From assembly GCA_963833705.1 (NCBI GenBank), contig CAWHYQ010000001.1:571656-635655 (forward strand): a DNA stretch of 64,000 nt, given 5' to 3'. Shown here piece after piece: positions 1 to 9,311 of the stretch. The position numbers were made by a program, and so were the translations under genes. The notes under the pieces are model-generated. The model made no database searches. It was not told the origin of the DNA and saw only the letters and a list, made by a program, of their open reading frames with translations. Source of the DNA: an uncultured Chloroflexia bacterium. Its GTDB lineage: Bacteria; Chloroflexota; Limnocylindria; Limnocylindrales; CSP1-4. The stretch's first letter is position 1, and every line of letters begins with the position of its first letter.

Positions 1-445
1 CGGCGTCGAGGCGATCCGGCCGTCCGCGCACCTCCGGCATCAGCCGACCGAGTTCGGCGCGGTTCGGTCCGAGGAGCGCCGGAAGGGCGCCCGGGTCGAC
101 ATCGCGGAACAGCGCACGGAACGCCTCGACGAACGGCCCGTACGGCAGGCCGCCGGACCCGAGTGCCAGACAGCCCCCGGTCAGTACGCGGCCTCCCTGG
201 GTCCCGACGCCCGAGGCGAACCCGTCGACGAGCCGGGTCTTGCCGATGCCGGCCTCCCCGGCGACGACCACGATCCGTGACTCCCCGCCCGTCACGCGCG
301 CGTAGGCGCGGTCGAGCCGCTCAAGCTCGGCCGATCGCCCGATCAATGCCCGACCGCGAGCGCCTTCCACGACGCGGCGATGATAGGCCCGCCGTCGCGC
401 GCGACGTCGCGCTCCGCGCTCGACCAGTTCGAGCCGCAGGTTCAC
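1..445 (-). CDS. P-loop NTPase N-terminal part of a large LuxR/STAND-type ATP-dependent regulator (gene runs off the window start)
   Basis: Minus-strand translation reads ...LIGRSAELERLDRAYARVTGGESRIVVVAGEAGIGKTRLVDGFASG... with Walker A GEAGIGKT. A GTG at 445 overlaps the stop of the upstream sigma gene (GTGA). The exact start is uncertain. Confidence 0.6.
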   Translation of the reverse strand, partial: MNLRLELVERGARRRARRRAYHRRVVEGARGRALIGRSAELERLDRAYARVTGGESRIVVVAGEAGIGKTRLVDGFASGVGTQGGRVLTGGCLALGSGGLPYGPFVEAFRALFRDVDPGALPALLGPNRAELGRLMPEVRGRPDRLDA

Positions 446-1011
446 GCGGTCATGCCGGCGAGCGCCAGCTGTGCCCGCAGCCGACCGCGCGCGCGGCACA
501 GGCGCGTGCGGGCCGCCGATCCGGAACAGCCGATGAGTCGAGCGATCTCCTCGGGCCGGTATCCCTGCGCGGCAAGGACGACGATCTCGCGGTCGTCGCC
601 GTCGAGCGACGCCAGACCCTCGTGCAGCGTCCGATCGCGTTCGCGCGTGACGATCTGATCCTCGGGCGACGGAGCGACCCGGCGATCGACGAGATTCGGC
701 ATGGCCCGCGTCGCGACGGATGACCGCCGCGCACGACTCACGGCCAGGTTCGAGCCGACTCGATACAACCACGCGCGGGGCTCCGACGGGGCGCGCCCCG
801 CCTCGATCTCGAGTGCCAGTCGCAGGAACGCGTCGCCGACCAGGTCGTCGGCGAGGGCCGGATCGCGGGTCAGCGCGATGAACCGGCCGCGCAGGGCGGC
901 GGCGTGGGCGAGATAGAGCGTCTCGAGGGTCTCGAGGGTCTCGAGCGGGTCGGCCGGGGCCGAGGGATCCGTGGATGGCGTCGTGAGCGGCCGCGTCGCG
1001 TCGCTCGTCAT
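442..1011 (-). CDS. ECF-type RNA polymerase sigma factor (sigma-70 family)
   Basis: 189-aa ORF. Region 2-like ...DDLVGDAFLRLALEI...WLYRVGSNLAVSRAR and region 4 HTH ...REIVVLAAQGYRPEEIARLIGCSGSAARTRLCRARGRL. Confidence 0.85.
   Translation of the reverse strand: MTSDATRPLTTPSTDPSAPADPLETLETLETLYLAHAAALRGRFIALTRDPALADDLVGDAFLRLALEIEAGRAPSEPRAWLYRVGSNLAVSRARRSSVATRAMPNLVDRRVAPSPEDQIVTRERDRTLHEGLASLDGDDREIVVLAAQGYRPEEIARLIGCSGSAARTRLCRARGRLRAQLALAGMTA
920..948 (-). repeat. 9-bp tandem repeat x3 (ctcgagggt/ctcgagcgg) encoding ETLETLETL in the sigma-factor N-terminus
   Basis: Direct reading of 921-947: tctcgagggtctcgagggtctcgagcgg. The protein shows PLETLETLETLY. Confidence 0.8.
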
Positions 1012-1180
1012 GGCTGGACCTCCGTCGCTGGTCCGGCCAGGAAGGCCGGTCGAGTCGACGGTCGAGCTGAGGCGGCGGCGGCGTCATGAGGCTGGAGCCC
1101 TACGCCGCGCGGCGGCGCGCCTCATTCCGCGGCGACCCGCCTCATGTCGAACGGGCTCGGATCGCGGCCCGGCCGGTCCT

Positions 1181-1777
1181 TCAGCGGCGGAAGAGGTCCG
1201 CCACCACCGGGGCGATCCGCTCCACCCACAGGGCGTACTGGGTGCCACTCGGGTGCAGCCCGTCGCCTGCGACGAGTGAGCGATCGCCGGCGGCACGGAG
1301 CGACAGGTCGGAGATGTCGACGAAGGCGATCCCCCGCTCCTCGGCCAACCGGGCCAGGGTCGCGTTGGCAGACACGATCGCATCGTGCGCCCGGCGCGGA
1401 TCACCGTAGTCGGCGCCGGCCGGGGTCACCGTGTAGTCCGGGGTCGCGACCGCCAGGATGCGCGTCGGGGCCAGCCGGGCCAGGAGCGCCTGGAGGATCG
1501 ACACCAGGTTCAGGGCATAGGTCGCGGGCGGGACACGCTGGACCACGTCATTGACGCCGATGAGGACGGTCACGAACTCCGGCGCGAGGTGCTCGAGGGC
1601 CGGCAGCTCGTGACGGATCAGGTCCCCCGAGGTGTAGCCGTTGACAGCCGGGTTGGCGACGAGCTGGAGGGTCGGCTCGTCAGGCCCGAGGGCACGAACC
1701 AGCTGGTCCGGCCAGCGCTCGGACGGCCGCACGGAGGTCCCGATCGTGTACGAATCACCGAGCGGCACATAGCGCAC
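1181..1777 (-). CDS. SGNH/GDSL-family hydrolase
   Basis: 198-aa ORF with GDSYT (block I), GVNDV (block III) and DGLHPS (block V, DxxH). Confidence 0.8.
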   Translation of the reverse strand: MRYVPLGDSYTIGTSVRPSERWPDQLVRALGPDEPTLQLVANPAVNGYTSGDLIRHELPALEHLAPEFVTVLIGVNDVVQRVPPATYALNLVSILQALLARLAPTRILAVATPDYTVTPAGADYGDPRRAHDAIVSANATLARLAEERGIAFVDISDLSLRAAGDRSLVAGDGLHPSGTQYALWVERIAPVVADLFRR

Positions 1778-1783
1778 GCCGAT

Positions 1784-3010
1784 CTACACCGTGACCCGCA
1801 ACGCCTCGAGCCCGCGCAGCACGAACCGCGGCTTCCATCTCGGCGTCTCGACCGGCTCCAGCCGTGGGACTCGCCGCAACAGCGCCCCGAAGGCGATGCC
1901 GAGCTCGAGTTTGGCGAGCGGTGCGCCAAGGCAGTAGTGGATCCCGGCACCGAACGAGATGTAGGGGTTCGGATGGCGGGCGAGATCGAGCTCGTCCGCG
2001 GCGGCGAACGCGCTCGGGTCGCGGTTCGCCGACCCGAACAGGAGCGCCACCTCGCCGCCGCGCGGGATCGCGATGCCACCCACCTCGATAGGTTCGAGCA
2101 CCCAGCGCTCGAACAGCGACAACGGCGTGTCGAAGCGGAGCAGTTCCTCGATCGCCGTCGGCAGCAGCGTCGGCTCGGCGCGCAGGCGCGCGAGCTGGTC
2201 GGCATGTCGGAAGAGCGTCCACCAGGCGTTGCCCGCGCCGTTCACCGAGGCCTCGTGGCCGGCATTCAGGAGCAGGACGCAGGTGCCGATCAACTCGGAC
2301 TCGGTCAGCTGGTCCCCCTCGTCAACGACGCCCGCAAGCGCGCTGATGAGGTCGCTCCCTGGATGGGCCCGGCGTTCCGCGAGGAGGCCGCGGAGGTACG
2401 CCGAGAACTCGAGGCTCGCCTTGACCGCCTTGCGCGCTGACTCGTCGGGCGGGTCCAGCTCGTACATCAGGCAGATGTCGGCCGACCAGGGCCGCAGCAG
2501 GCCTCGATCGCTCTCGGGGATCCCGAGCAGCTCGGCGATGACCGTCACCGGCAGGGGTTCGATGAAGTCGGCGATGAGATCGACTTCACCCGCGCCCCCG
2601 AAGCCGTCGATCAGCCCGTCGACGATGGCCTCGACGCGCGGGCGCATCCCCTCCACGGTCCGTGGCGTGAAGGCTCGCAGGACGAGCCGGCGCAGGCGCG
2701 TGTGGTCGGGCGGCTCCAGGTCCAGCATGCCGGCGTCGTTGAGGTCGTAGAACGGCTGGTGCCAGGCGGGTGGATCAGGGCGGCCCATGTCCGCGTGCGT
2801 CGCCTGGTGGAGGTAGGTCCGGCCAAGCCCCCGGTCGCGCAACAGCCGATCCACGTCGGCGTGGCGCGAGATGATCCACTGCCGGCTGTGGTCGTTCCAG
2901 AGCACGGGGTGCTCCTCGCGCAGGCGCCGGTAGACGGGGTACGGGTCGGCGATGAAGGCCGGGTCCGTCGGCACGAACCCCAGGGCGACCGGGTCGATCG
3001 TGCCCGTCAC
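1784..3010 (-). CDS. Cytochrome P450
   Basis: 408-aa ORF. Heme-binding loop FGAGIHYCLGAPLA, ExxR (EELLRF) and I-helix-like LLLNAGHEAS. Confidence 0.9.
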   Translation of the reverse strand: MTGTIDPVALGFVPTDPAFIADPYPVYRRLREEHPVLWNDHSRQWIISRHADVDRLLRDRGLGRTYLHQATHADMGRPDPPAWHQPFYDLNDAGMLDLEPPDHTRLRRLVLRAFTPRTVEGMRPRVEAIVDGLIDGFGGAGEVDLIADFIEPLPVTVIAELLGIPESDRGLLRPWSADICLMYELDPPDESARKAVKASLEFSAYLRGLLAERRAHPGSDLISALAGVVDEGDQLTESELIGTCVLLLNAGHEASVNGAGNAWWTLFRHADQLARLRAEPTLLPTAIEELLRFDTPLSLFERWVLEPIEVGGIAIPRGGEVALLFGSANRDPSAFAAADELDLARHPNPYISFGAGIHYCLGAPLAKLELGIAFGALLRRVPRLEPVETPRWKPRFVLRGLEALRVTV

Positions 3011-3943
3011 GGGAACCGCCCGACCGCATCGACGACCAGGTCCATGAGTCGGTCCCGATCGATCGACAGGCCCACATGGGCGTTGACCGGCCGGCCGTTG
3101 AGGCCCTCCGGGTCCGCGACCGTCCGACCGCGCGTGTCCACGCCGACCGTCTCCACGTCGATGCGGAGCGGACGCGACGCCACGAGATCCGGCACGGCGA
3201 GCCAGGCGACCGCGACCGCGTCGTGGATGGGCGGACCGTCCCAGCCGTAGCGGTCGCGATGATGGATGGCGAAGAACCGCATCAGGTCGGCGAAGACCCG
3301 GCCGGTCCTCGTACCGAGGCCCTCCAGCCGCTCGATATCGGGTGGGAGCACCAGGGCCTGATGGGTGACGTCGAGGCCTGTCATGTGGATCGGGATGCCC
3401 GACCCGAACACGATGGCCGCGGCTTCAGGGTCGGCCCAGATGTTGAACTCGGCGGCGGCCGTGGTGTTGCCCTCCCCGAGCGATCCGCCCATGAGCGGCG
3501 ATCGCGGCGATGCGATCGCGCAGCCCTGGCGCCGCCCGCAACAGCAGGCCGATGTTGGTCAACGGACCGGTCGCCACGATCGTGACCGGCGACGCGGCGT
3601 CGCGGATGACGGCACTCGCCAGCTCCAGCGCCCCGATCGCGACTGCCCCGACCGCCGGTTCGGGCAGGTCGGCGCCGTCGAGCCCGGACGGGCCATGGAA
3701 ATCGACCGGCACCCACGGCTCGCGGACGAGCGGCCGTTCGGCGCCGGCGGCGACCGGGACGTCGTTCCGTCCGAGCAGGGTCAGGACGCGTAGGGCGTTG
3801 CGCGTCGTCTGGTCGAGGGGCGCGTTCCCGGCGACGGTCGTGATGGCCTGCAACCGGAGCTCGGGACGCGCGAGCGCGAGCACGATCGCCAGGGCATCGT
3901 CGTGGCCGGGATCGCAGTCGAGGACGATCGGGGTCGGCGCCAC
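3007..3943 (-). pseudogene. Inosine-uridine-preferring nucleoside hydrolase, reading frame broken once near 3493-3500
   Basis: N-terminal ORF 3425-3943 (IVLDCDPGHDDALAI, a DxDxxxDD motif; ...TGPLTNIGLL...RDRIAAIA) and C-terminal ORF 3007-3492 (MGGSLGEGNTTAAAEFNIWADPEAA...) are adjacent halves of one roughly 310-aa family member in different frames. Confidence 0.8.
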
Positions 3944-4134
3944 GGCACGAGCTTAGTGCAGACATCCCGCGGTGGCCGCCGTGCCGCGTTGCCGAATCCC
4001 CTTGCCGGGGAATGCCCGCTGTCGCTACGATGCGCCGAAGCGGTGTGCCTTGCTGGCGCGCCGTATCCCGGCCGTCGCGATCCGTGGGTAGCTGCCCGTC
4101 GTGGGCGCACGGCCTTGGACTTGGAGGAGGACAC

Positions 4135-5367
4135 ATGCGCATCCGTAGTACCGGACTGACCCTGTTCGCCGGGTTGGCAGTCCTGGTCGCCGCCTGTAGC
4201 AGCGGGACGACCTCGTCTGCACCCTCGGCGGCAGCACCGTCGGCCGCAGCACCGTCGGCCGCAGCGCCGTCGGCGGCAGCCCCGTCGGCGGCAGAGCCGT
4301 CCGCGGCAGCGCCGTCGGGCGCTACGTCGGACCTCAAGATCGGCGTCGTCACCGACGTCGGCGCCGTCAACGACAAGAACTTCAACCAGTACAGCTATGC
4401 CGGCGCCGTGGCGGGCGCCCGCCTGATCGGCGCCAAGACACCATCGGTCGTCGTCCCGAAGGCGACATCCGACTACGAGCCGCTGATCCAGGCCTACGTC
4501 GACAAGGGCTACAACGTCATCGTCGGCGTCGGCTTCAACCTGGCGAACCCGACCGCGAAGGCCGCCAAGGCGAACCCGAACATCTGGTTCATCGGCGTCG
4601 ACCACAACCCGTGCATCAACGCCACTGGTGACGTCGACACGACGGGCAAGGACTGCACCGGCGTGATCGCGGACAAGATCCCGAACTACATCGCGCTCAA
4701 CTACGCCGAGGATCAGGCCGGTTATCTGGCCGGCATCGTTGCGGCCTCGGCCAGCAAGAGCGGCATCATCGGTGCCGTCGGTGGCGTCGCGATCTGCGGC
4801 CCGTGCGTTCGCTACATCCAGGGCTACTACCTTGGAGCCCAGTCGGTCAAAGCGGACATCAAGATGAAGTCCGCGTGGGTCTCGGCCAGCGACTTCGTCA
4901 AGGGCTTCTTCGATCAGCCCGGTGGCGCGGCGTTCGGCCAGCAGTTCATCAAGCAGAACCCCGGCATCGACGTGGTCTTCCAGGTCGCCGGCAACACCGG
5001 CAACGGCGTCATCGATGCCGCCTGCGCGGCGAAGATCAACGCCATCGGCGTCGACGTCGACCAGTACCAGTCCTATCCCGCCTCCCAGGCCTGCATCCTC
5101 ACGAGCGCCGAGAAGCACCTTTCGGTGTCGGTCGCGACGTCGATCCAGCAGATCGCCGCGAAGACCGCCAAGGGCGGCCTCGTGTTCTACAACGCCACCA
5201 ACGACGGGATCGGCGTCTCGCCCTTCTATGACGCGGCGAGCAAGCTCCCGGCCGACATCCAGACCAAGATCGACGCGGCCGTGGCCGGCATCAAGGATGG
5301 GTCCATCAAGACCTGCCCGCCCCCACCCGACTGCGGGAAGACCCCGGCTCCGCCGATCGGCAACTGA
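4135..5367 (+). CDS. BMP-family (PnrA-like) ABC transporter substrate-binding lipoprotein, probably nucleoside-binding
   Basis: ATG at 4135 preceded by ggaggagg. Signal peptide plus lipobox LVAAC. KIGVVTDVGAVNDKNFNQ motif typical of basic membrane protein family binding proteins. Confidence 0.85.
   Translation: MRIRSTGLTLFAGLAVLVAACSSGTTSSAPSAAAPSAAAPSAAAPSAAAPSAAEPSAAAPSGATSDLKIGVVTDVGAVNDKNFNQYSYAGAVAGARLIGAKTPSVVVPKATSDYEPLIQAYVDKGYNVIVGVGFNLANPTAKAAKANPNIWFIGVDHNPCINATGDVDTTGKDCTGVIADKIPNYIALNYAEDQAGYLAGIVAASASKSGIIGAVGGVAICGPCVRYIQGYYLGAQSVKADIKMKSAWVSASDFVKGFFDQPGGAAFGQQFIKQNPGIDVVFQVAGNTGNGVIDAACAAKINAIGVDVDQYQSYPASQACILTSAEKHLSVSVATSIQQIAAKTAKGGLVFYNATNDGIGVSPFYDAASKLPADIQTKIDAAVAGIKDGSIKTCPPPPDCGKTPAPPIGN
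4219..4320 (+). repeat. 15-bp tandem repeat (about 6.5 units) encoding an (APSAA)n linker after the lipobox
   Basis: gcaccgtcggccgca-type units read directly. The protein shows APSAAAPSAAAPSAAAPSAAAPSAAEPSAAAPSG. Confidence 0.9.
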
Positions 5368-5435
5368 TCCAGAACCGGTAGATCAACGAGCGGGTCGACC
5401 ATCCTGGCCGGCCCGCTCGTCTTGTATCCTCCACC

Positions 5436-7028
5436 GTGAACGCAGACGAGGCACCGATGGCATCGGAGTCCCCGGCAGTTCGCGCTCCTGCGCTCGAGAT
5501 GCGCCGCATCACGAAGCGCTACCCCGGTGTCGTCGCCAACGACGCCATCGACCTCGACATCCGGCCGGGCGAGATCCACGCCCTGCTCGGCGAAAACGGC
5601 GCCGGCAAGACGACCCTGATGAACGTCCTATACGGGCTGGCACGCCCCGATGACGGGCAGATCCTGCTTGACGGCACCGAGGTCCACCTGGCGGGCCCGT
5701 CGGACGCGATCGCCCGCGGGATCAGCATGGTCCACCAGCACTTCATGCTGGTTCCCGTCCTGACCGTTGCCGAGAACATCGTCCTCGGCGAGGAGACGAC
5801 GACCGGCGCGTTCTTCCTCGATCGCAAGGAGACGCACCGGCGGATCATCGAGCTCGGTCGTCGGTTCGGCTTCGAGATCGACCCTGAGGCCAAGGTCGGA
5901 TCCCTGTCCGTCGGCTGGCAGCAACGGGTCGAGATCCTCAAGGCCCTCTACCGCAATGCGAAGATCCTCGTCCTGGACGAACCGACCGCGGTGCTGACGC
6001 CCCAGGAGACGCAGGAGATCTTCGAGGTCCTGCGTCGGCTCGCGACCGAGGGTCACAGCATCGTCTTCATCAGCCACAAGTTGTACGAGGTCCTCGAGAT
6101 CGCCGACCGGATCACGGTCATCCGGCGTGGCAAGGTCGTCGGCCAGCGGACACCCTCCGAAACGAACGAGGAGGACCTCGCCGAGCTCATGGTCGGCCGG
6201 GAGGTCTCCCTGACGGTCGATCGCGGCGACTCCCATCCGGCCGCGACGACGCTCGAGGTGAGCGGGTTGGTCGTCAAGGACGATCGAGGCCAGGAGGTCG
6301 TCCACGCGGTCGATCTCGAGGTCCGCGCCGGCGAGATCCTGGGCATCGCCGGGGTCGCCGGCAACGGTCAGGACGAACTCGTGGAGGCCATCGTCGGCCT
6401 CCGCAAGCCAAGCGCCGGCGTGGTCAAGCTGGCCGGCGACGACGTGACCGGGTTCGGCTCGCGAGCGGTCTACGAGAGCGGCCTCGGCTATGTCCCGGCC
6501 GATCGCCATCGGTTCGGTCTCGTGCTGTCGTTCAGCATCGCCGACAACCTCGTCCTGACGAACTACCACCGTCCCCCATACGCCCGGGGCATCCTCCGCA
6601 ACGACCAAGAGATCAGGCGGATGGCCGATGAGCGCATCAAGGCGTTCGATATCCGCACCACTTCGGCCGAGGCCAAGGCGGCCACCCTGTCCGGCGGTAA
6701 CCAGCAGAAGGTCGTCATCGCGCGCGAGTTCGCCCGCGACCTGAAGCTGCTCGTTCTGGACCAGCCGACGCGAGGGCTGGACGTCGGGAGCATCGAGTTC
6801 ATCCATCGCCAGGTCATCGCGAAACGCGATGCGGGGGCCGCGATCCTGCTCGTCTCGGCCGAGCTCGATGAGATCCTCGAACTGTCCGACCGGATCGCGG
6901 TCATCTACCGGGGACGTCTGGTGGGCCTCCGCGACGGGCGGACCGCCGACAAGAACGAGATCGGGATCCTCATGGCGACGGGCGGGCGCGAGGACGCCGC
7001 GACAGACGAACGCGTGACGGTGGCATGA
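5436..7028 (+). CDS. ABC transporter ATP-binding protein with duplicated ATPase cassettes (BMP/nucleoside-type importer)
   Basis: 530 aa. Walker A GENGAGKTT and GVAGNGQDE. Signature-like LSVGWQQRVEI and LSGGNQQKVVIA. Walker B ILVLDEPT and LLVLDQPT. Confidence 0.9.
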   Translation: MNADEAPMASESPAVRAPALEMRRITKRYPGVVANDAIDLDIRPGEIHALLGENGAGKTTLMNVLYGLARPDDGQILLDGTEVHLAGPSDAIARGISMVHQHFMLVPVLTVAENIVLGEETTTGAFFLDRKETHRRIIELGRRFGFEIDPEAKVGSLSVGWQQRVEILKALYRNAKILVLDEPTAVLTPQETQEIFEVLRRLATEGHSIVFISHKLYEVLEIADRITVIRRGKVVGQRTPSETNEEDLAELMVGREVSLTVDRGDSHPAATTLEVSGLVVKDDRGQEVVHAVDLEVRAGEILGIAGVAGNGQDELVEAIVGLRKPSAGVVKLAGDDVTGFGSRAVYESGLGYVPADRHRFGLVLSFSIADNLVLTNYHRPPYARGILRNDQEIRRMADERIKAFDIRTTSAEAKAATLSGGNQQKVVIAREFARDLKLLVLDQPTRGLDVGSIEFIHRQVIAKRDAGAAILLVSAELDEILELSDRIAVIYRGRLVGLRDGRTADKNEIGILMATGGREDAATDERVTVA

Positions 7029-8149
7029 GCGAGCGCCTGGACCGCGCCTGGAGGATCCTCGCGCTGCCGGTGATCTCGATCATCCTGTCGATCCTGGTCT
7101 GTTCCTTCGTGATCATCGCGTCGGAGTGGCTGGTCACCGGCGAACTGAACCCCGGCCTGGCGTTCGATGCATTCGCCGCGCTCATCGACGGGTCGGTCGG
7201 GTCCGAGCGCGCGATCGTGAACACACTCGTCGCGTCGATGCCGCTCCTGCTCGGCGGACTGTCGGTCGGTCTCGCGTTCAAGGGCGGGCTGTTCAATATC
7301 GGCGCCCAGGGCCAGTTCATGATGGGGGCGCTGGGCTCGGTCATCGTCGGCGTCCAGCTTCGCGAGAGTCCCGCCATCGTTGCGATCCCGGCAGCCCTCG
7401 CGGGCGGGATGCTGTTCGGTGCCGTGTGGGGCTTCATCCCTGGCTTCCTCAAGGCCGTCTCGGGTGCCCACGAGGTGGTCACCACGATCATGCTCAACTT
7501 CATCGCGCTGGCCGTGCTCGCTGCAGCGGTCAACGGACCGTTGACTGTCCAGGGCTCGGCCTCGCCGATCACGCCCGATGTCGGTAACGCGGCCCTCCCG
7601 ATCTTCATCGGCCGGAACGGCCACATCGGGCTCATCTACGCCCCGCTGATGGCCGTCCTGTACGGGTGGCTGCTGTTTCGGACGACTCGCGGGTTCGAGA
7701 TCCGGATCGCCGGCGCCAGTCCGGACGCCGCTCGGTATGCCGGGATGTCGCCGCGTCGCCTCATCATCTGGACGATGTCGGTCGCCGGGATGCTGGCGGG
7801 GATGGCCGGGGCCACCGATCTCCTTGGCGTCACGCACCAGATGGCCTCCTCCTATGGCACCACGGTCGGGTTCGATGCGATCGCCGTGGCGTTGCTGGGT
7901 CGCACGAGTCCGCTCGGGATCGTGCTCGCCTCGCTCCTGTTCGGGGCCCTTCGGACCGGGTCGGCTTCGATGCAGATCCAGGCGGGCGTCCCGGCCGAAC
8001 TGGTCGGTGTCCTGCAGGCGACGATCCTGTTCTTCCTGGTCGCCAGCCCGGTCATCAAGCGCCTGTTCCGCCTCAAGGGCGCCCGGACTGGCCTGGAGGA
8101 GGCCACGACGTTCACGAGCACCTATGGCGGTGAGGCCACGATCCGCTGA
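7025..8149 (+). CDS. ABC transporter permease (BMP-type importer)
   Basis: 374-aa polytopic hydrophobic ORF with a 4-nt overlap onto the ATPase gene. Confidence 0.85.
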   Translation: MSERLDRAWRILALPVISIILSILVCSFVIIASEWLVTGELNPGLAFDAFAALIDGSVGSERAIVNTLVASMPLLLGGLSVGLAFKGGLFNIGAQGQFMMGALGSVIVGVQLRESPAIVAIPAALAGGMLFGAVWGFIPGFLKAVSGAHEVVTTIMLNFIALAVLAAAVNGPLTVQGSASPITPDVGNAALPIFIGRNGHIGLIYAPLMAVLYGWLLFRTTRGFEIRIAGASPDAARYAGMSPRRLIIWTMSVAGMLAGMAGATDLLGVTHQMASSYGTTVGFDAIAVALLGRTSPLGIVLASLLFGALRTGSASMQIQAGVPAELVGVLQATILFFLVASPVIKRLFRLKGARTGLEEATTFTSTYGGEATIR

Positions 8150-9216
8150 TGGACCAGTTCCTGTACGGCCTGCCGCTCCTTGGACTCGTCTTCGAGTTCA
8201 TCGGCTATCTCATCGCGGTCCTGCCGGACATCGCCCCGATCATCCTGCGCGCCGCCACGCCGATCGCCTTCGCGGCGCTGTGCGGCGTGATGTGCGAGCG
8301 CTCCGGGGTTGTGAACATCGGCATCGAGGGCACGATGCTCGTCGCCGCCTTCGTGGGCTGGACGGCGGGCATCTATCTCGTGCCGGTCCTCGGCTCGGAT
8401 CCAGGGCCCTTCTTCGGCGCCTCGCCGGCGCTCCTCGTCGCCCTGGTGTTCGCGGTGGTGGCCGGGCTCCTCGTGTCATTGATCCACGCCTGGCTATCGA
8501 TATCGGTCAAGGCCGACCAGATCATCAGCGGCACGATCATCAACATCGCCGCGTTCGGGATCACCGGCTACCTCAACTCGCTCCTCACCAAGAGCTCACC
8601 GACCGGGGCCGGGCAGTTCAAGGCGTGGACGCCTCCGGAGGCCCTGACCGGCCTCCCGTTCGTGGGCTGGATCTTCGACACGATCTTCGCCCAGGGCCCG
8701 TTGACCATCACGCTCCTCGTGATCGTCGTGGTCTTCCAGATCGCCTTGTTCCGGACACGCTGGGGCCTGCGCAGCCGGGCGGTCGGTGAGCACCCCAGGG
8801 CGGCCGAAACGGTGGGCATCAACGTCATCCGGTTGCGCTACCGGAACGTGATGGTCGGTGGCCTCTTGGCCGGGCTGGGCGGTGCCTTCCTCAGCATGGA
8901 GGCGACCGCGACGTTCCAGCAGGACATGACGGCCGGCCGTGGGTTCATCGGCCTCGCGGCGATGATCGTCGGGCGGTGGACACCGCTCGGGGCGTTCGGT
9001 GCCGCGCTCTTGTTCGCCTCTTCGTTGGGCATCAGCCAGTCGATCCTCATCGCCCCGCCACCCGGACAGCTGGGGGATATCCTGCTGGCCCTGCCACCGC
9101 AGTTCTTCGACGCGCTGCCGTACCTCGTCACCATCATCGTCCTGGCCGGCGTCGTCGGGCGGAGCATCCCGCCCGCGGCGGACGGCCAACCATACGAGCG
9201 CGAGGCCGCGACCTGA
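8149..9216 (+). CDS. ABC transporter permease (BMP-type importer, second subunit)
   Basis: 355-aa polytopic hydrophobic ORF. Its start overlaps the previous stop. Confidence 0.85.
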   Translation: MDQFLYGLPLLGLVFEFIGYLIAVLPDIAPIILRAATPIAFAALCGVMCERSGVVNIGIEGTMLVAAFVGWTAGIYLVPVLGSDPGPFFGASPALLVALVFAVVAGLLVSLIHAWLSISVKADQIISGTIINIAAFGITGYLNSLLTKSSPTGAGQFKAWTPPEALTGLPFVGWIFDTIFAQGPLTITLLVIVVVFQIALFRTRWGLRSRAVGEHPRAAETVGINVIRLRYRNVMVGGLLAGLGGAFLSMEATATFQQDMTAGRGFIGLAAMIVGRWTPLGAFGAALLFASSLGISQSILIAPPPGQLGDILLALPPQFFDALPYLVTIIVLAGVVGRSIPPAADGQPYEREAAT

Positions 9217-9311
9217 CCCGGGAGGAACGCGAGCGAGCCGCCGCCTTCCTCGACCTCGACGAGGGACGCGGAGCCGTCCCGCTCCTCGATGACGCCGGCA
9301 TCGAGCGCACC

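Noticed and set aside
4219-4320. The tandem repeats at 4219-4320 and 12910-12969 as a CRISPR or other non-coding repeat array.
   Set aside because: The units are 15 bp, contiguous with no spacers, in frame, and lie inside clear lipoprotein ORFs.
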